DNA of 64,000 nt from Lachnospiraceae bacterium (GTDB lineage Bacteria > Bacillota > Clostridia > Lachnospirales > Lachnospiraceae): the NCBI GenBank assembly GCA_024403435.1, contig JAKSRV010000001.1:3856-67855 (forward strand), given 5' to 3'. The notes beneath the pieces were generated by a model that saw only the letters and a list, made by a program, of their open reading frames with translations, ran no database searches and was not told the DNA's origin. Positions 1 to 10,783 of this stretch are shown piece after piece; the first letter of the stretch is position 1, and the number at the start of each line of letters is the position of its first letter. The translations under genes and the position numbers were made by a program.

Positions 1-106
1 TTTCATTCCTGTAGCCAATATAGTGATTAATATCGGATATACCAGATATATCAGCTTATCGGCTACATTTCCCCAATCAAGTGCCACCCCGCACCTCACT
101 TTTCAC

Positions 107-3100
107 TTATGATTTCTTCACCACAACATTGCTCTCGCCAAATACTGCCGACAGTCGTGCCTTGAGTTCATCATTGGCATTAACACGTCTGTTGGGAGGC
201 AATACCTTCAGGCTCTTTATATCTTTTACAAATACTATTACATCATCATTTCCGTCCGAATCCGCCAACAAATCCAACATTCGCTGTTCGGCATCTTCGT
301 AATCTTTTTGTGTTGCAAACTGAAGGAAAAGTCCGGTTTTGGGAATTGCAATTGTATTTCCCGACGCTCCCCCTGCGGTTTGACCACCACTGCTTTGATA
401 TCCGCCTAAGGTCCCGGATGCATTTCCGGAATATCCTGCACCTGCGTATCCGCCTGCGCCATATCCTCCGGAATATCCTGAATTCCTGCCATATCCCGAT
501 TTATTATTTACAAATCGTTTTGTTACAAACAACTCATCAGGCTTTTTATCTGCAGCCTCCTCAAAAGTAGCCACATCCTCGCACAAAAGCTTAGCGTCAC
601 GCTCTTCCTCCGCCTGAACCCGTCCGCGCACAAACACCTTGGCCTCATCCGTCAGCTTGCTGTTGAATGCCACATAATTCTTGGGAAACACAATGACCTC
701 AACAGAACCGGCTTGATCCTCTAATGTCACAAAACACATAGGTTCGTTTTTCTTGGTGTATTTGATAGTCTTCTCAGTAATCATACCGCCGACTACCGCA
801 TATGACTGATCCTTTACCGACACCTCACCGGTCTCATCATCAAGCTGGAAATCCATAGCTCTCGCAGTCACATGCTTATCCATCAGCTCTTGGTACTCCT
901 CAAGCGGATGGCCGCTTACATATATACCGAGGACCTCCTTTTCCATAGCCAGCTTGTATTCCTTATCATACTCAGCAACATTCGGAAGCTTGACCTCAAA
1001 GAAGCTCTTATCCTCTTCCTCAACTATATCGAATAAGGAAAGCTGACCGCTCATCTGGTTCTTCTTATTATGGTTGATGTTATCCATAATACTTCCGTAT
1101 ACCATCATGAGCTGACGTCTGTTGCCGCCAAGCGTATCCATTGCACCTGCCTTGATAAAGGCTTCGATAGCACGTCTGTTGACATCTCTGTCCTGCACTC
1201 GCTCGAGGAAGTCCTTAATATCCTTAAAATCTCCGCGCTCTTTTCTTTCCTCAACAATAGAATCGATTACCGGTCTTCCCACTGCTTTTATTGCCGTGAG
1301 AGCATATCTGATAGCTTTGCGACCGTTCTCTTCTATTACTGAGAAACCGCTCTGTCCCTGATTAATATCGGGTGGCAAAAGTTCGATACCCATCTGTCGG
1401 CAAACCAAAATGTATTCTGATACCTTCTTGGAGTTATCTATAACCGATGTCATCAGCGCAGCCATGAACTCTTCAGGATAATAATACTTAAGAAATGCTG
1501 TCTGATATGCAACCACTGCGTAGCAGGCTGCGTGTGATTTATTGAACGCGTACTTCGCAAAATCCATCATTTCATCATAGATAACATTTGCCACCGGTGC
1601 CTCAATACCGTTGGCAATGGTACCCGGTACCACTGCAGGAATCTTAGCCTTCTCAATCTGGTGTGTCAAATCTTCTCTGATAGCCGGATTGGTCTCGCTT
1701 TCAAGCTGCTGCTTTAAGCTCTTCAATTTCTCTTCGGCTTCTTTTATCTCAGCACCGTTTCCGTTGAGGAAAATGTCTCTCTCAACTTCCATTACATGCT
1801 GCTTTTTCTTACTCATCGCACGACGTACCAAATCCGCACGTCCAAGTGAATATCCACCCAAATCCTGTACAATCTGCATTACCTGCTCCTGATACACGAT
1901 ACATCCGTATGTCGGTGCAAGTATCGGCTCAAGCTTGGGTGTAGAATACTGTATGGCATCGCCATTATTTTTACCGGCTATATACTTAGGAATAAAGTCC
2001 ATCGGACCGGGTCTGTAAAGTGAAATTCCCGCTATTACATCTTCAAGGCTGGAAGGCTTGAGTTCCTTCATGAAATTCTTCATTCCTGCAGACTCGAGCT
2101 GGAATACGCCTTCCGTGTGTCCGCTGCTCAAAACATCGAACACATTCTGGTCATTCATCTCCAGGCCGTTCAAATCTATTCTTTTACCGGTGGAAGCTTC
2201 CACAAAATCCACTGCATCATGCAGAACAGTCAACGTTCTTAATCCCAGGAAGTCCATTTTGAGAAGACCCAGTTCTTCTATGGTCGTCATAGTAAACTGA
2301 GTGACAATACTTCCGTCCGATCCTCTTGAAAGTGGTACAAACTCATCCGCTGACTTCTGGCAAATTACGACACCCGCAGCATGCATCGATGTATGTCTGG
2401 GCAAACCTTCCAGTCTGCGACACATATCGATGAGAGTTTTAACCTGCTCATCGGAATCATACATACTCTTGAGCTCCGGATTCATTTCCAGCGCTTTATC
2501 CAAAGTCATATTGAGTTCCATCGGAATCTGTTTTGCAATAGTATCACCGAATGAGTACGGCAAATCCATTACTCTGGCAACATCACGTACAACACCCTTA
2601 GCTGCCAACGTACCGAAAGTAACAATCTGCACAACTTTGTCCTTGCCATACTTGCGATTGACGTAATCAATTACCTCCTGGCGTCGGTTATAGCAAAAAT
2701 CAACGTCAATATCGGGCATAGATACACGCTCCGGATTTAGGAATCTCTCAAAAAGCAGACTATACTTAATCGGATCTATATTGGTAATCTTCAATGCATA
2801 CGAAACAATCGAGCCTGCCGCAGATCCTCTTCCGGGTCCTACGGGAATATCATTTTCTTTTGCATAATTTATAAAATCCCAAACAATAAGGAAGTATTCT
2901 ACATAACCCATCCTCTTGATGGTATTGAGCTCATAATCCAGGCGCTCTCTCAATGTCAGTCCCGTATCACCTGCCGGCTGACTCTCATCCTCACCGTATC
3001 TCTCATGAAGTCCCTTGGTGCACAGATAATTCAGATAAGACCACGAATCATGTCCTTCGGGTACATCAAAATGAGGAAGCTTTGTAACACCGAATTCAAT

Positions 3101-3925
3101 CTCTACATGACATCTGTCCGCAATCTCCTGTGTTCTGAATACTGCATCGGCAGCATAGGGGAACAGTAAACGCATCTCATCCTCAGACTTGACATAATAC
3201 TGACCTCCCTCATAACGCATACGGTCTTCATCAGACAATTTCTTACCTGTCTGGAGGCACAACAAAATATCATGTGCATCCGCATCGGATGCATATGTAT
3301 AATGGCAGTCATTTGTACATACCAGAGGAATACCCATTTCAAGGCTCATCGCCATAAGTTCCATATTGGCAGTTCTCTGCTCGGGAATTCCGTGATCCTG
3401 CAGTTCGAGAAAGAAATTACCCTCACCGAAAATATCCAAAAATTCCTTGGCGATAGTTCTGGCTTCTTCAGTCTTTCCCGCAATAATTGCAGAAGGAATT
3501 TCACCCGCCAAACATGCAGAAAGACATATCAGGCCTTCGTGGTACTCACGCAGGACCTCCTTATCAACACGCGGCTTGTAGTAATATCCTTCCGTAAATC
3601 CTTTACTGACGATTTTCATCAGGTTGGCATAACCGGTATTATTCTCTGCCAAAAGAATCAAATGATGATATCTGTCCTCTCCGTGCGATGCTTCCTTGTC
3701 AAAACGCGATCCGGGTGCAACATATACCTCACATCCGAGCACGGGATTAATGCCGTTGGCGCGACACTCACGATAAAACTCAATCACACCGTACATTACA
3801 CCATGATCGGTAATAGCAGCCGCATTCATTCCCAACTCTTTTACCCGTGCTACATATTCTTTTATCTTATTGGACCCATCGAGCAATGAATACTCTGTAT
3901 GGGTGTGAAGATGAACAAATGACAT
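107..3925 (-). CDS. dnaE: DNA polymerase III alpha subunit (DnaE type)
   Basis: PHP domain (FVHLHTHTEYSLLDG, TDHG), GPGRGSAAGS, catalytic PDIDVDF, KMDFLGL, YAFNKSH and C-terminal OB fold. Start moved to ATG 3925 (MSFVHL), which follows a GGGGA SD. Confidence 0.97.
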   Translation of the reverse strand: MSFVHLHTHTEYSLLDGSNKIKEYVARVKELGMNAAAITDHGVMYGVIEFYRECRANGINPVLGCEVYVAPGSRFDKEASHGEDRYHHLILLAENNTGYANLMKIVSKGFTEGYYYKPRVDKEVLREYHEGLICLSACLAGEIPSAIIAGKTEEARTIAKEFLDIFGEGNFFLELQDHGIPEQRTANMELMAMSLEMGIPLVCTNDCHYTYASDADAHDILLCLQTGKKLSDEDRMRYEGGQYYVKSEDEMRLLFPYAADAVFRTQEIADRCHVEIEFGVTKLPHFDVPEGHDSWSYLNYLCTKGLHERYGEDESQPAGDTGLTLRERLDYELNTIKRMGYVEYFLIVWDFINYAKENDIPVGPGRGSAAGSIVSYALKITNIDPIKYSLLFERFLNPERVSMPDIDVDFCYNRRQEVIDYVNRKYGKDKVVQIVTFGTLAAKGVVRDVARVMDLPYSFGDTIAKQIPMELNMTLDKALEMNPELKSMYDSDEQVKTLIDMCRRLEGLPRHTSMHAAGVVICQKSADEFVPLSRGSDGSIVTQFTMTTIEELGLLKMDFLGLRTLTVLHDAVDFVEASTGKRIDLNGLEMNDQNVFDVLSSGHTEGVFQLESAGMKNFMKELKPSSLEDVIAGISLYRPGPMDFIPKYIAGKNNGDAIQYSTPKLEPILAPTYGCIVYQEQVMQIVQDLGGYSLGRADLVRRAMSKKKQHVMEVERDIFLNGNGAEIKEAEEKLKSLKQQLESETNPAIREDLTHQIEKAKIPAVVPGTIANGIEAPVANVIYDEMMDFAKYAFNKSHAACYAVVAYQTAFLKYYYPEEFMAALMTSVIDNSKKVSEYILVCRQMGIELLPPDINQGQSGFSVIEENGRKAIRYALTAIKAVGRPVIDSIVEERKERGDFKDIKDFLERVQDRDVNRRAIEAFIKAGAMDTLGGNRRQLMMVYGSIMDNINHNKKNQMSGQLSLFDIVEEEDKSFFEVKLPNVAEYDKEYKLAMEKEVLGIYVSGHPLEEYQELMDKHVTARAMDFQLDDETGEVSVKDQSYAVVGGMITEKTIKYTKKNEPMCFVTLEDQAGSVEVIVFPKNYVAFNSKLTDEAKVFVRGRVQAEEERDAKLLCEDVATFEEAADKKPDELFVTKRFVNNKSGYGRNSGYSGGYGAGGYAGAGYSGNASGTLGGYQSSGGQTAGGASGNTIAIPKTGLFLQFATQKDYEDAEQRMLDLLADSDGNDDVIVFVKDIKSLKVLPPNRRVNANDELKARLSAVFGESNVVVKKS

Positions 3926-3957
3926 ATTAATCCCCAAGTATAATAATACTAATCTAT

Positions 3958-3996
3958 AAAACATCTGCCGGAGATGAATACAATATCTCCGGCAGA
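3958..3996 (-). terminator. Intrinsic terminator between the glycan locus and dnaE
   Basis: 12-bp perfect stem TCTGCCGGAGAT (3964-3975) / ATCTCCGGCAGA (3985-3996), followed by TGTTTT on the minus strand. Confidence 0.65.
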
Positions 3997-4038
3997 CAAT
4001 CTGTACCGCTTAGCAACCCGACACCCTCAACATAAATA

Positions 4039-4959
4039 TCAATTCCATTTGTCTCTGATAACATATTGAGGCGAATTATTCATACAAATATACATTCTTC
4101 CGACATACTCGCCTATGAATCCAAGCATAATAAGAATCATTCCGCTAAAAAATACAATCGCGCTCATAATTGCCGAAAAACCTACCGTAACATCCGGAAG
4201 GACAAATTTTTTGATAATAGTGTAAATACCGTACATAAATCCCAAAATAGCGGATGTAATTCCTATACTCGTAGCTATTCTGAGAGGCTTAACCGAAAAT
4301 GCCGTGAATCCGTTGAACCAAAGGGCAATCAGTTTACCGAATGTATAACCGGACCTTCCGATTTCTCGCTCTCTATGTGTGACGTCAACATTAGTGATAT
4401 GTTTGGTTGAACGAAGCACCAGACCTATTACATAAGGATATGAATATTCATACCTGATCATCTCTTCAACCACAAATCTCTTAACAGCGAAATAACTTGA
4501 TACATACAAATCAGCAGGTTTATTGAGCATCGAACGTGTCATTCGCTCATTTACCATACTTCCGAAATTACGAAAGCCCGAATGTTGCTTGTGCGCGTAT
4601 CTCGCATATACTGCGTCAAAGCCTTCATCTATTTTTTCAAGCAGCTTACCCACTTCATTGGCAGGTGTCTGTCCGTCATCATCGAGGCATACAACAATAT
4701 CTCCCGTAGCTTCTCTGAGGCCTGCCATCAGTGCAGAATGTTGACCAAAGTTTCTCGCAAATGATAATCCGTGAATATATGATTTTTCATCACACATCTC
4801 TCTAATCACATTAGCTGTATTGTCAGGTGAACAGTCATTTACCAACACCAGGTCATATTCATATTTACCGAGACCATTCATGGTCTCCTCAATCTCAGCC
4901 ACAACTCCGGGCAAAGTCTTTTCAGATCTGTAACACGGAATAACAAAACTAACCTTCAT
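4039..4959 (-). CDS. GT2 polyprenol-phosphate glycosyltransferase (GtrB/ArnC-like)
   Basis: VIPCY, VND.S.D, RNFGQH.A, DDDGQ.P motifs and two C-terminal TM helices ending GEYVGR. Confidence 0.88.
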   Translation of the reverse strand: MKVSFVIPCYRSEKTLPGVVAEIEETMNGLGKYEYDLVLVNDCSPDNTANVIREMCDEKSYIHGLSFARNFGQHSALMAGLREATGDIVVCLDDDGQTPANEVGKLLEKIDEGFDAVYARYAHKQHSGFRNFGSMVNERMTRSMLNKPADLYVSSYFAVKRFVVEEMIRYEYSYPYVIGLVLRSTKHITNVDVTHREREIGRSGYTFGKLIALWFNGFTAFSVKPLRIATSIGITSAILGFMYGIYTIIKKFVLPDVTVGFSAIMSAIVFFSGMILIMLGFIGEYVGRMYICMNNSPQYVIRDKWN

Positions 4960-5007
4960 TTTATATATCAGCCTTTACATTTATTATATATGTATTAAGT
5001 ACAATAA

Positions 5008-5967
5008 TTATCTCTCTATATTTTCTTCCGCACGTAAAATACTCTTTTTACGCTCATTGGTACTTACGTAACGATATTCAAAATCTTTCTTGTCCTTATC
5101 GTTCAGTACACTTAATACCATTCCCGAGAAAAATGATATTATTCCCGAAAGCATCACGAATCCGCACGCAAACAAAGTAGGGAATCTGGGTACCAGCCCC
5201 GTCTCACAAAACTCTATAACGACAGGAATCATGAATCCAAGTGCAACCACAAACAAAATAGCGCCCAACAAGCCGAAGAAATTCATAGGCTTATAATTTT
5301 TATAAAGAGATATCATCTTACGGATAACCTTCATACCATCGGAATAAGTATTCAGCTTAGAGACACTTCCCTCAGGACGATCACGATATTCCACAATCAC
5401 GTTGTCAACCTGGAGATTATAATTCACAGCATGAATAGTCATCTCCGTCTCAATCTCAAAACCTTTCGAGAATACCGGATAGGTCTTGACAAATTCATAT
5501 GAAAAAGCTCTGTAGCCAGTCATTATATCTTTAATATCAGACTTAAACAATGAATTAATGCATCCCCTCATAAGGCTGTTGCCAAAATTATGAAACGGTC
5601 GCTTATTCTCGGTAAAATATGTGGATGAAAGTCTGTCTCCAACCACCATATCTGCATTATGCTCAAGGACATGATTTACTATTTCACGTGCGCAATCCAA
5701 CGGATATGTATCATCACCATCTATCATCAGATAACATTCAGCATCTACTTCTCTGAACATTCTGCGGATTACATTACCTTTACCCTGTTTATACTCATTT
5801 CTGACTATTGCGCCGGCAGCTTCAGCCAGTTCGGCCGTTCTGTCTTTTGAATTGTTGTTGTACACATATACCGTCGCTTCAGGCAATACCCGGCGTGCGT
5901 CGCGAACAACTTTTTCAATAGTTTTTTCTTCATTATAGCAGGGAATAAGCACTGCAATTCTGTCCAT
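5008..5967 (-). CDS. GT2 DPM1-like polyprenol-phosphate glycosyltransferase
   Basis: IPCYNEE, GKGNV, DGDDTY, D..TGYRAF and FEIETE motifs, two C-terminal TMs. Start at MDRIAV after GAGGTG. Confidence 0.88.
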   Translation of the reverse strand: MDRIAVLIPCYNEEKTIEKVVRDARRVLPEATVYVYNNNSKDRTAELAEAAGAIVRNEYKQGKGNVIRRMFREVDAECYLMIDGDDTYPLDCAREIVNHVLEHNADMVVGDRLSSTYFTENKRPFHNFGNSLMRGCINSLFKSDIKDIMTGYRAFSYEFVKTYPVFSKGFEIETEMTIHAVNYNLQVDNVIVEYRDRPEGSVSKLNTYSDGMKVIRKMISLYKNYKPMNFFGLLGAILFVVALGFMIPVVIEFCETGLVPRFPTLFACGFVMLSGIISFFSGMVLSVLNDKDKKDFEYRYVSTNERKKSILRAEENIER

Positions 5968-6131
5968 AAATATAAACACCTCATGTTCTTACAGCTATCG
6001 TAATACATACAGATTTTATTATAACATATAACCTTTGCTTTTTCACATTCGTTCTAATAGAATATATTATAATATATAATAATTTATGTTTATAAGATTT
6101 ACTTATAATTCTCACATAATTAAGGATTGCT

Positions 6132-8474
6132 ATGGCTGATAACAAGAACAACGAAAAATTCAAACCTGAAATCATCCTCTATTGGCTCTTCCCTGTTATA
6201 GGATTATTCATACCTATAATTTATTATATCTTCAACAATCATCCTGTGCTGTCTCCCGAACTGACAGAAATCATAGCTTACACGCAATATCTGGCCGAAA
6301 ACAATTCCCACAGTTATATAGATACATGGGATACATCCATCACAATACTGCCACTATCCGTTAAATACTTTTTGACAGTTTATTCTGCCGGTGTGCCTTC
6401 ATGGCGCAGTGCGCTTGAATATTCTGTATTTACCTGCTACTCACTTATGGGAGTTTCATTCCTTCTTTTTGTATACTCATTGAAAGCTCAAAAGATTACA
6501 GCTTATATAATAAGTGCCTGTGCAATCGTTGCTATCGGTTTTGTTTCAGTCATTACTGCGCATACAGCCAACAGTTTTATGCTTGCTGTAACCATCATCT
6601 TTTTGACTGCTGCTCCTATTTTGCTCGGCGTACGCTCTCACGTTAAGCTTCCCGCCAAGACCTTGATTTCTGTCTTGTGCATACTTCCCACGTTGCTCTT
6701 TCTCATCGCATGCGGTGTCAATTCCGGGCAGCGCTCTGTAAGTGAAATGATAAAAAATGAGATCAAAACTACCGTCACCGGCATTTCTAATCTTCAAAAA
6801 AATACTGATATGATTGACAGTGAGTCGGTTGCTGCAGGATTGGTTTCTTATCTGAGCAGCCATAACTATCCGGCAATTTCATCAGATGCTTATACGGCAA
6901 ATATTCTGTCGGTTTGCTCAGAACGACAAATCCTCATTCCCACCGCCCCCATATTGAATGATCTCACTTCTCCTACACAAGAAAACTGCCCGTATATTTC
7001 TACGGAAAATATAATCGATTCAAAATCTTCTTTTATGTATATAATCGACAATTCAAGGATTGCCGATTACAATGAATATTTCATTCTTGCAGAAGAAAAA
7101 TACTCTGATGAATACTACACCGTATACAGTTTTTCAAGAAGTGATTATCTGTCAAATTCAAATATAATCTCCGATTTGCATGAACTGAATGAATATACCT
7201 ACGATACCGTATTACTCAGCATGTATGATATCTCTAACTACAACATGGATTACTTTCCCACCTATATGGGTTGGAATTGCAAGCCTACAAAAAATATCCT
7301 CACATCCACAGATGTGATAAATACTTATAACCAATTCATTTTTTCAGGCAAAAGAACCATCAACCAATATCTGTTCTGTATCGATCCGTATATCATTTAT
7401 GAGTCCTTGGGATTCGATAGCAAGACCTACTCCTCAGAAATTTACGACTCTGTCATAGAGATGATTGATGATAACCCGACAACAACATTCTATTTATATT
7501 TTCCTTCATACAGCATCAACCATTTCCGAAACTATACAGCCACAGATTTCAGCAATCTGCGAACCGCATACAAAATCCTTGCCGATGAATTGGCTCAATA
7601 TGACAACGTCAAACTGTACTATTCAGGTTACGAAGAATATATCTATAACAATACCTATTTGTACGAAGACGGATCCGATTGCCTGATGCATTATGACACC
7701 GAAAATGCTTTTCTTTTGGAAAATCTCGCAGACAATACCCTCATAGATGCAGATGAATTGGTTGATTACGTGGACCTACTGATAAGCAATATTCAAAGTC
7801 CCGACAACATGACCGACTCAACGTATGATTTATCAGAATATTGTACTGTATACTGTGGAGACAGCATACTTGCGCTTATCAGCGACAATACCGGTATCCC
7901 ATATATCATCAGTAATTTCTCCGGTATGGGCTGCATATTGAGGGCAATCGGCGGATCAAATGCCGCTACTGTTGATGGCAATGAAATGTCTCTCAAATAT
8001 CAATTGAACCCCGATATCATCAACAGTGAAATTGAAGCCTTCGGCATGTCAGAAAAAAAATTGCTGTTTGTCATAGAATTCGGACTAAACGATTATTTTG
8101 TCGGACTTCCGATAAATAATCCTCGCGACAAGTATGATGAATATACCTATTCCGGAATTATTCGTTCCTCAATTGAATTAATCCGCGAAGAATGGCCCGA
8201 CAGTCAAATACTTGTTATAGTTCCCGGATATATTACTATGCGGCAAAACGGCAATGAACGCGTTTCTCCCAAAGGCGGAATCCTTGATGATTATCGCAAG
8301 GCTGCGCAAAAGATTATAGACGAATACGGCTTATACAGTATCAATCTGTGTGAGATAGGCATTACACAGGAAAATTCCGATACATATCTTAACGATCAGG
8401 TTCATTACAATAGTTTAGGCCGATACTATGTGGCACGCGCTATAATGGAATATATATGCTCAGAAGTTAAATAA
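6132..8474 (+). CDS. Membrane protein with C-terminal SGNH/GDSL hydrolase domain
   Basis: About 5 N-terminal TM segments. SGNH blocks: GDS (YCGDSI), G (IGGS), G.ND (FGLND), D..H (DQVH). Confidence 0.75.
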   Translation: MADNKNNEKFKPEIILYWLFPVIGLFIPIIYYIFNNHPVLSPELTEIIAYTQYLAENNSHSYIDTWDTSITILPLSVKYFLTVYSAGVPSWRSALEYSVFTCYSLMGVSFLLFVYSLKAQKITAYIISACAIVAIGFVSVITAHTANSFMLAVTIIFLTAAPILLGVRSHVKLPAKTLISVLCILPTLLFLIACGVNSGQRSVSEMIKNEIKTTVTGISNLQKNTDMIDSESVAAGLVSYLSSHNYPAISSDAYTANILSVCSERQILIPTAPILNDLTSPTQENCPYISTENIIDSKSSFMYIIDNSRIADYNEYFILAEEKYSDEYYTVYSFSRSDYLSNSNIISDLHELNEYTYDTVLLSMYDISNYNMDYFPTYMGWNCKPTKNILTSTDVINTYNQFIFSGKRTINQYLFCIDPYIIYESLGFDSKTYSSEIYDSVIEMIDDNPTTTFYLYFPSYSINHFRNYTATDFSNLRTAYKILADELAQYDNVKLYYSGYEEYIYNNTYLYEDGSDCLMHYDTENAFLLENLADNTLIDADELVDYVDLLISNIQSPDNMTDSTYDLSEYCTVYCGDSILALISDNTGIPYIISNFSGMGCILRAIGGSNAATVDGNEMSLKYQLNPDIINSEIEAFGMSEKKLLFVIEFGLNDYFVGLPINNPRDKYDEYTYSGIIRSSIELIREEWPDSQILVIVPGYITMRQNGNERVSPKGGILDDYRKAAQKIIDEYGLYSINLCEIGITQENSDTYLNDQVHYNSLGRYYVARAIMEYICSEVK

Positions 8475-8475
8475 C

Positions 8476-8520
8476 AAAAGAGTCTCAATCCTTCTTACAT
8501 AAAGGCTTGAGACTCTTTTT
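8476..8520. terminator. Bidirectional intrinsic terminator
   Basis: AAAAGAGTCTCAA / TTGAGACTCTTTT inverted repeat between convergent genes. Confidence 0.8.
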
Positions 8521-8568
8521 AATTAACATCTTTTCGCTTATTTTATTATCTTTTGCCGGACACTGTTT

Positions 8569-9891
8569 TTAGTAATACATAAAATAAGTGGTACCGGCTA
8601 CCAGCTTGCTAAAGAACACTATTCCGCAATAGTACTGATATGCCAGTACTATACTGCATGTTCCGAATAAAAACCAGCGCTTCCTCTCCAACAGCTTATA
8701 CCACTTTACCAAGCTAAGAATATAGAGCCATACAAGTGCTATTGCATATCCCCAGAGGAAGTTACCGTCTCTGGAGCGGCTACCTGTCTCTATCAGTATA
8801 GCCGCTTCGGCAAAGCCTACCAGACTCATCAGAATGGCAAATAAATATCTCCTGTCTTCAGCCAGTTTCTTGATTTTTCCATGTCTTATCAAATCAATCA
8901 CATAGCATACAAACACGACAAGCGGGAATGCCAGCGATAACAGAACCGTAATCTTGGGGTGGTCGGCATGGAGTGAAAAAGTCTCCATGAATGAAATCTT
9001 ATAACCGTTGTCTGTATCATCTCCGAACAAAACAGCATTCTGCCACAGCACAACTCCGCACGACGGCAATACCGTCAATCCCCATAACAATATTCTCTTA
9101 AACGGCACTTTATCCTTGAGCCAATTTATCAACAGTTTAACAGCAAATGCCGGTGCAAATACAGTAAGAAAACTGGGCTTAATTCCGGTACACACTGCTA
9201 ATGCCACCGCAAACAATATAAGATCTTTAGCTTTTATTCCGCCCTTGATAATCTTTTTCTCGATAACAAGAAACATCAGCAGGCATATCAATGCTGCCAA
9301 TTTCATGCACTGATACGTTGAATTATGCCACACATTTCCGCTTTGGTAGCTGACATATCTGTACATTCCTGCCTTCTTGATATAGAAAGGCATCAGCACA
9401 TTCAGAACAATTGCTCCTCCGCATGTTATTGCCTTTTTCTTTATACCGAGTTTCGTCAAAATCCTCTCTGTAACAAGCACCGTTCCCACAGTAACCAATG
9501 CCAGGAAAACCGCTATCAGTACCGTGGACTTACCTGCAATATTATATAACACAAGATAAATCAGTGCTGTCAGGCTGTAATACCATCCGTCATCAATCAC
9601 CATGCTTAAATGAAACGGTAAATCCGATTCAAACAATCTGACGACAGTAGTATCCTTATCCGCAGGCTGTATAGACTGCTTGTAGTACAAGTACAGGCAC
9701 AATCCTCCGTATACAGCTGTTATAATCCAAAATATAATCTTTACAGCCATATCAAATCTACGATCGCTGATATCCGCTATCACATTATTGTCAGACCTTT
9801 TCGATGCATAAGACCCTTTCGACGTCTTCGATCTTTTTGAATTCTTCGATTTACTCGACTTATTTCTGCCGACCAATTTTACACTGCTCAT
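8569..9891 (-). CDS. Polytopic membrane protein, putative GT-C glycosyltransferase
   Basis: About 11 TMs, acidic motif (FESDLPFH) in the first outer loop, WHN.T and KPSF motifs, glycan-locus context. Lys/Ser-rich N-terminal tail. Confidence 0.55.
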   Translation of the reverse strand: MSSVKLVGRNKSSKSKNSKRSKTSKGSYASKRSDNNVIADISDRRFDMAVKIIFWIITAVYGGLCLYLYYKQSIQPADKDTTVVRLFESDLPFHLSMVIDDGWYYSLTALIYLVLYNIAGKSTVLIAVFLALVTVGTVLVTERILTKLGIKKKAITCGGAIVLNVLMPFYIKKAGMYRYVSYQSGNVWHNSTYQCMKLAALICLLMFLVIEKKIIKGGIKAKDLILFAVALAVCTGIKPSFLTVFAPAFAVKLLINWLKDKVPFKRILLWGLTVLPSCGVVLWQNAVLFGDDTDNGYKISFMETFSLHADHPKITVLLSLAFPLVVFVCYVIDLIRHGKIKKLAEDRRYLFAILMSLVGFAEAAILIETGSRSRDGNFLWGYAIALVWLYILSLVKWYKLLERKRWFLFGTCSIVLAYQYYCGIVFFSKLVAGTTYFMYY

Positions 9892-9934
9892 TTTTCACCC
9901 ATTTCTAAATAGCATCCGTATACCGAAGCAATAA

Positions 9935-10774
9935 TTATATTCCCAGCAGGATTCGTATATAAGGAGATATACTGAAAATCACCGCCGCAGGGAAATTATA
10001 ATTTTTCAGAATATAATGATAAAACTCACCAAACGGTACTCCCTTAATACTTTCCTTGGCCTTGAATCTGGCCTTACGTGACATAGTAGCATCACGCCAG
10101 GTACCCTTTTCCGAATTATTCGGGCACATACCTACATATTCATCCGATACATATATTTCCGCACCCTGTCTTACCGTCATATATCCATAATCAAAATCTC
10201 CCAAAGAATGATGGTATACAGGGTCCATGTTTCCGGTCTTTACAAAAATCTCAGTTGGAATCAATACGCAATTTGCATTAAAGGTATTCACCTTCAATCC
10301 GTCATAATCATCCGCTTTGACTATCTTGAACTTAGGTTTCCAGTTTGAGGTTCTCATGATGCCTCCATAGGACAGAGCCACACCATCACTCTCACAGGTT
10401 GGTCCTACCCAGATTCTGCTGCGATTATTATTGTTTCTCGCAATCAACCCCTCAATAGCACCGTCATAAAAATCAACATCATCGTTAAACAAAAGGATAT
10501 AATCCGGAGAAATGTTATTATCTCCTATTAGCTTCAGTGCCTCAGCGATAGCGATTCTCATACCACCTGTGTAATATGAATTGCCGTCTCCGTGCATTAC
10601 CGTAACCCCTTCAAGCTCTGCCAAGGCTTCTGCGGTTCCATCGCGGCTGTTATCATCTGCAATAATAAACTCGAAATCCACCTCACTGTTACCCGCCACC
10701 AGACTTCTGATTGCGTTCACAGTTTTTTCTTTTCTGTTAAAACAGGTCGCAAGACCAAGTACCTTAGTTTTCAT
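9935..10774 (-). CDS. GT2 glycosyltransferase
   Basis: TCFNRK, DDNS.DGT, FNDDV, NANCVLIP and DFDYG motifs. Confidence 0.85.
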   Translation of the reverse strand: MKTKVLGLATCFNRKEKTVNAIRSLVAGNSEVDFEFIIADDNSRDGTAEALAELEGVTVMHGDGNSYYTGGMRIAIAEALKLIGDNNISPDYILLFNDDVDFYDGAIEGLIARNNNNRSRIWVGPTCESDGVALSYGGIMRTSNWKPKFKIVKADDYDGLKVNTFNANCVLIPTEIFVKTGNMDPVYHHSLGDFDYGYMTVRQGAEIYVSDEYVGMCPNNSEKGTWRDATMSRKARFKAKESIKGVPFGEFYHYILKNYNFPAAVIFSISPYIRILLGI

Positions 10775-10783
10775 TGTCTATCC

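Noticed and set aside
30-85. Sigma-28 -10-like boxes (GCCGATAA, TCCGATAT) downstream of dnaE
   Set aside because: No acceptable -35 at 15-16 bp spacing, and the downstream gene is outside the window.
1630-1757. Intein in DnaE
   Set aside because: The insertion is too short and lacks an N-terminal Cys/Ser and a C-terminal His-Asn.
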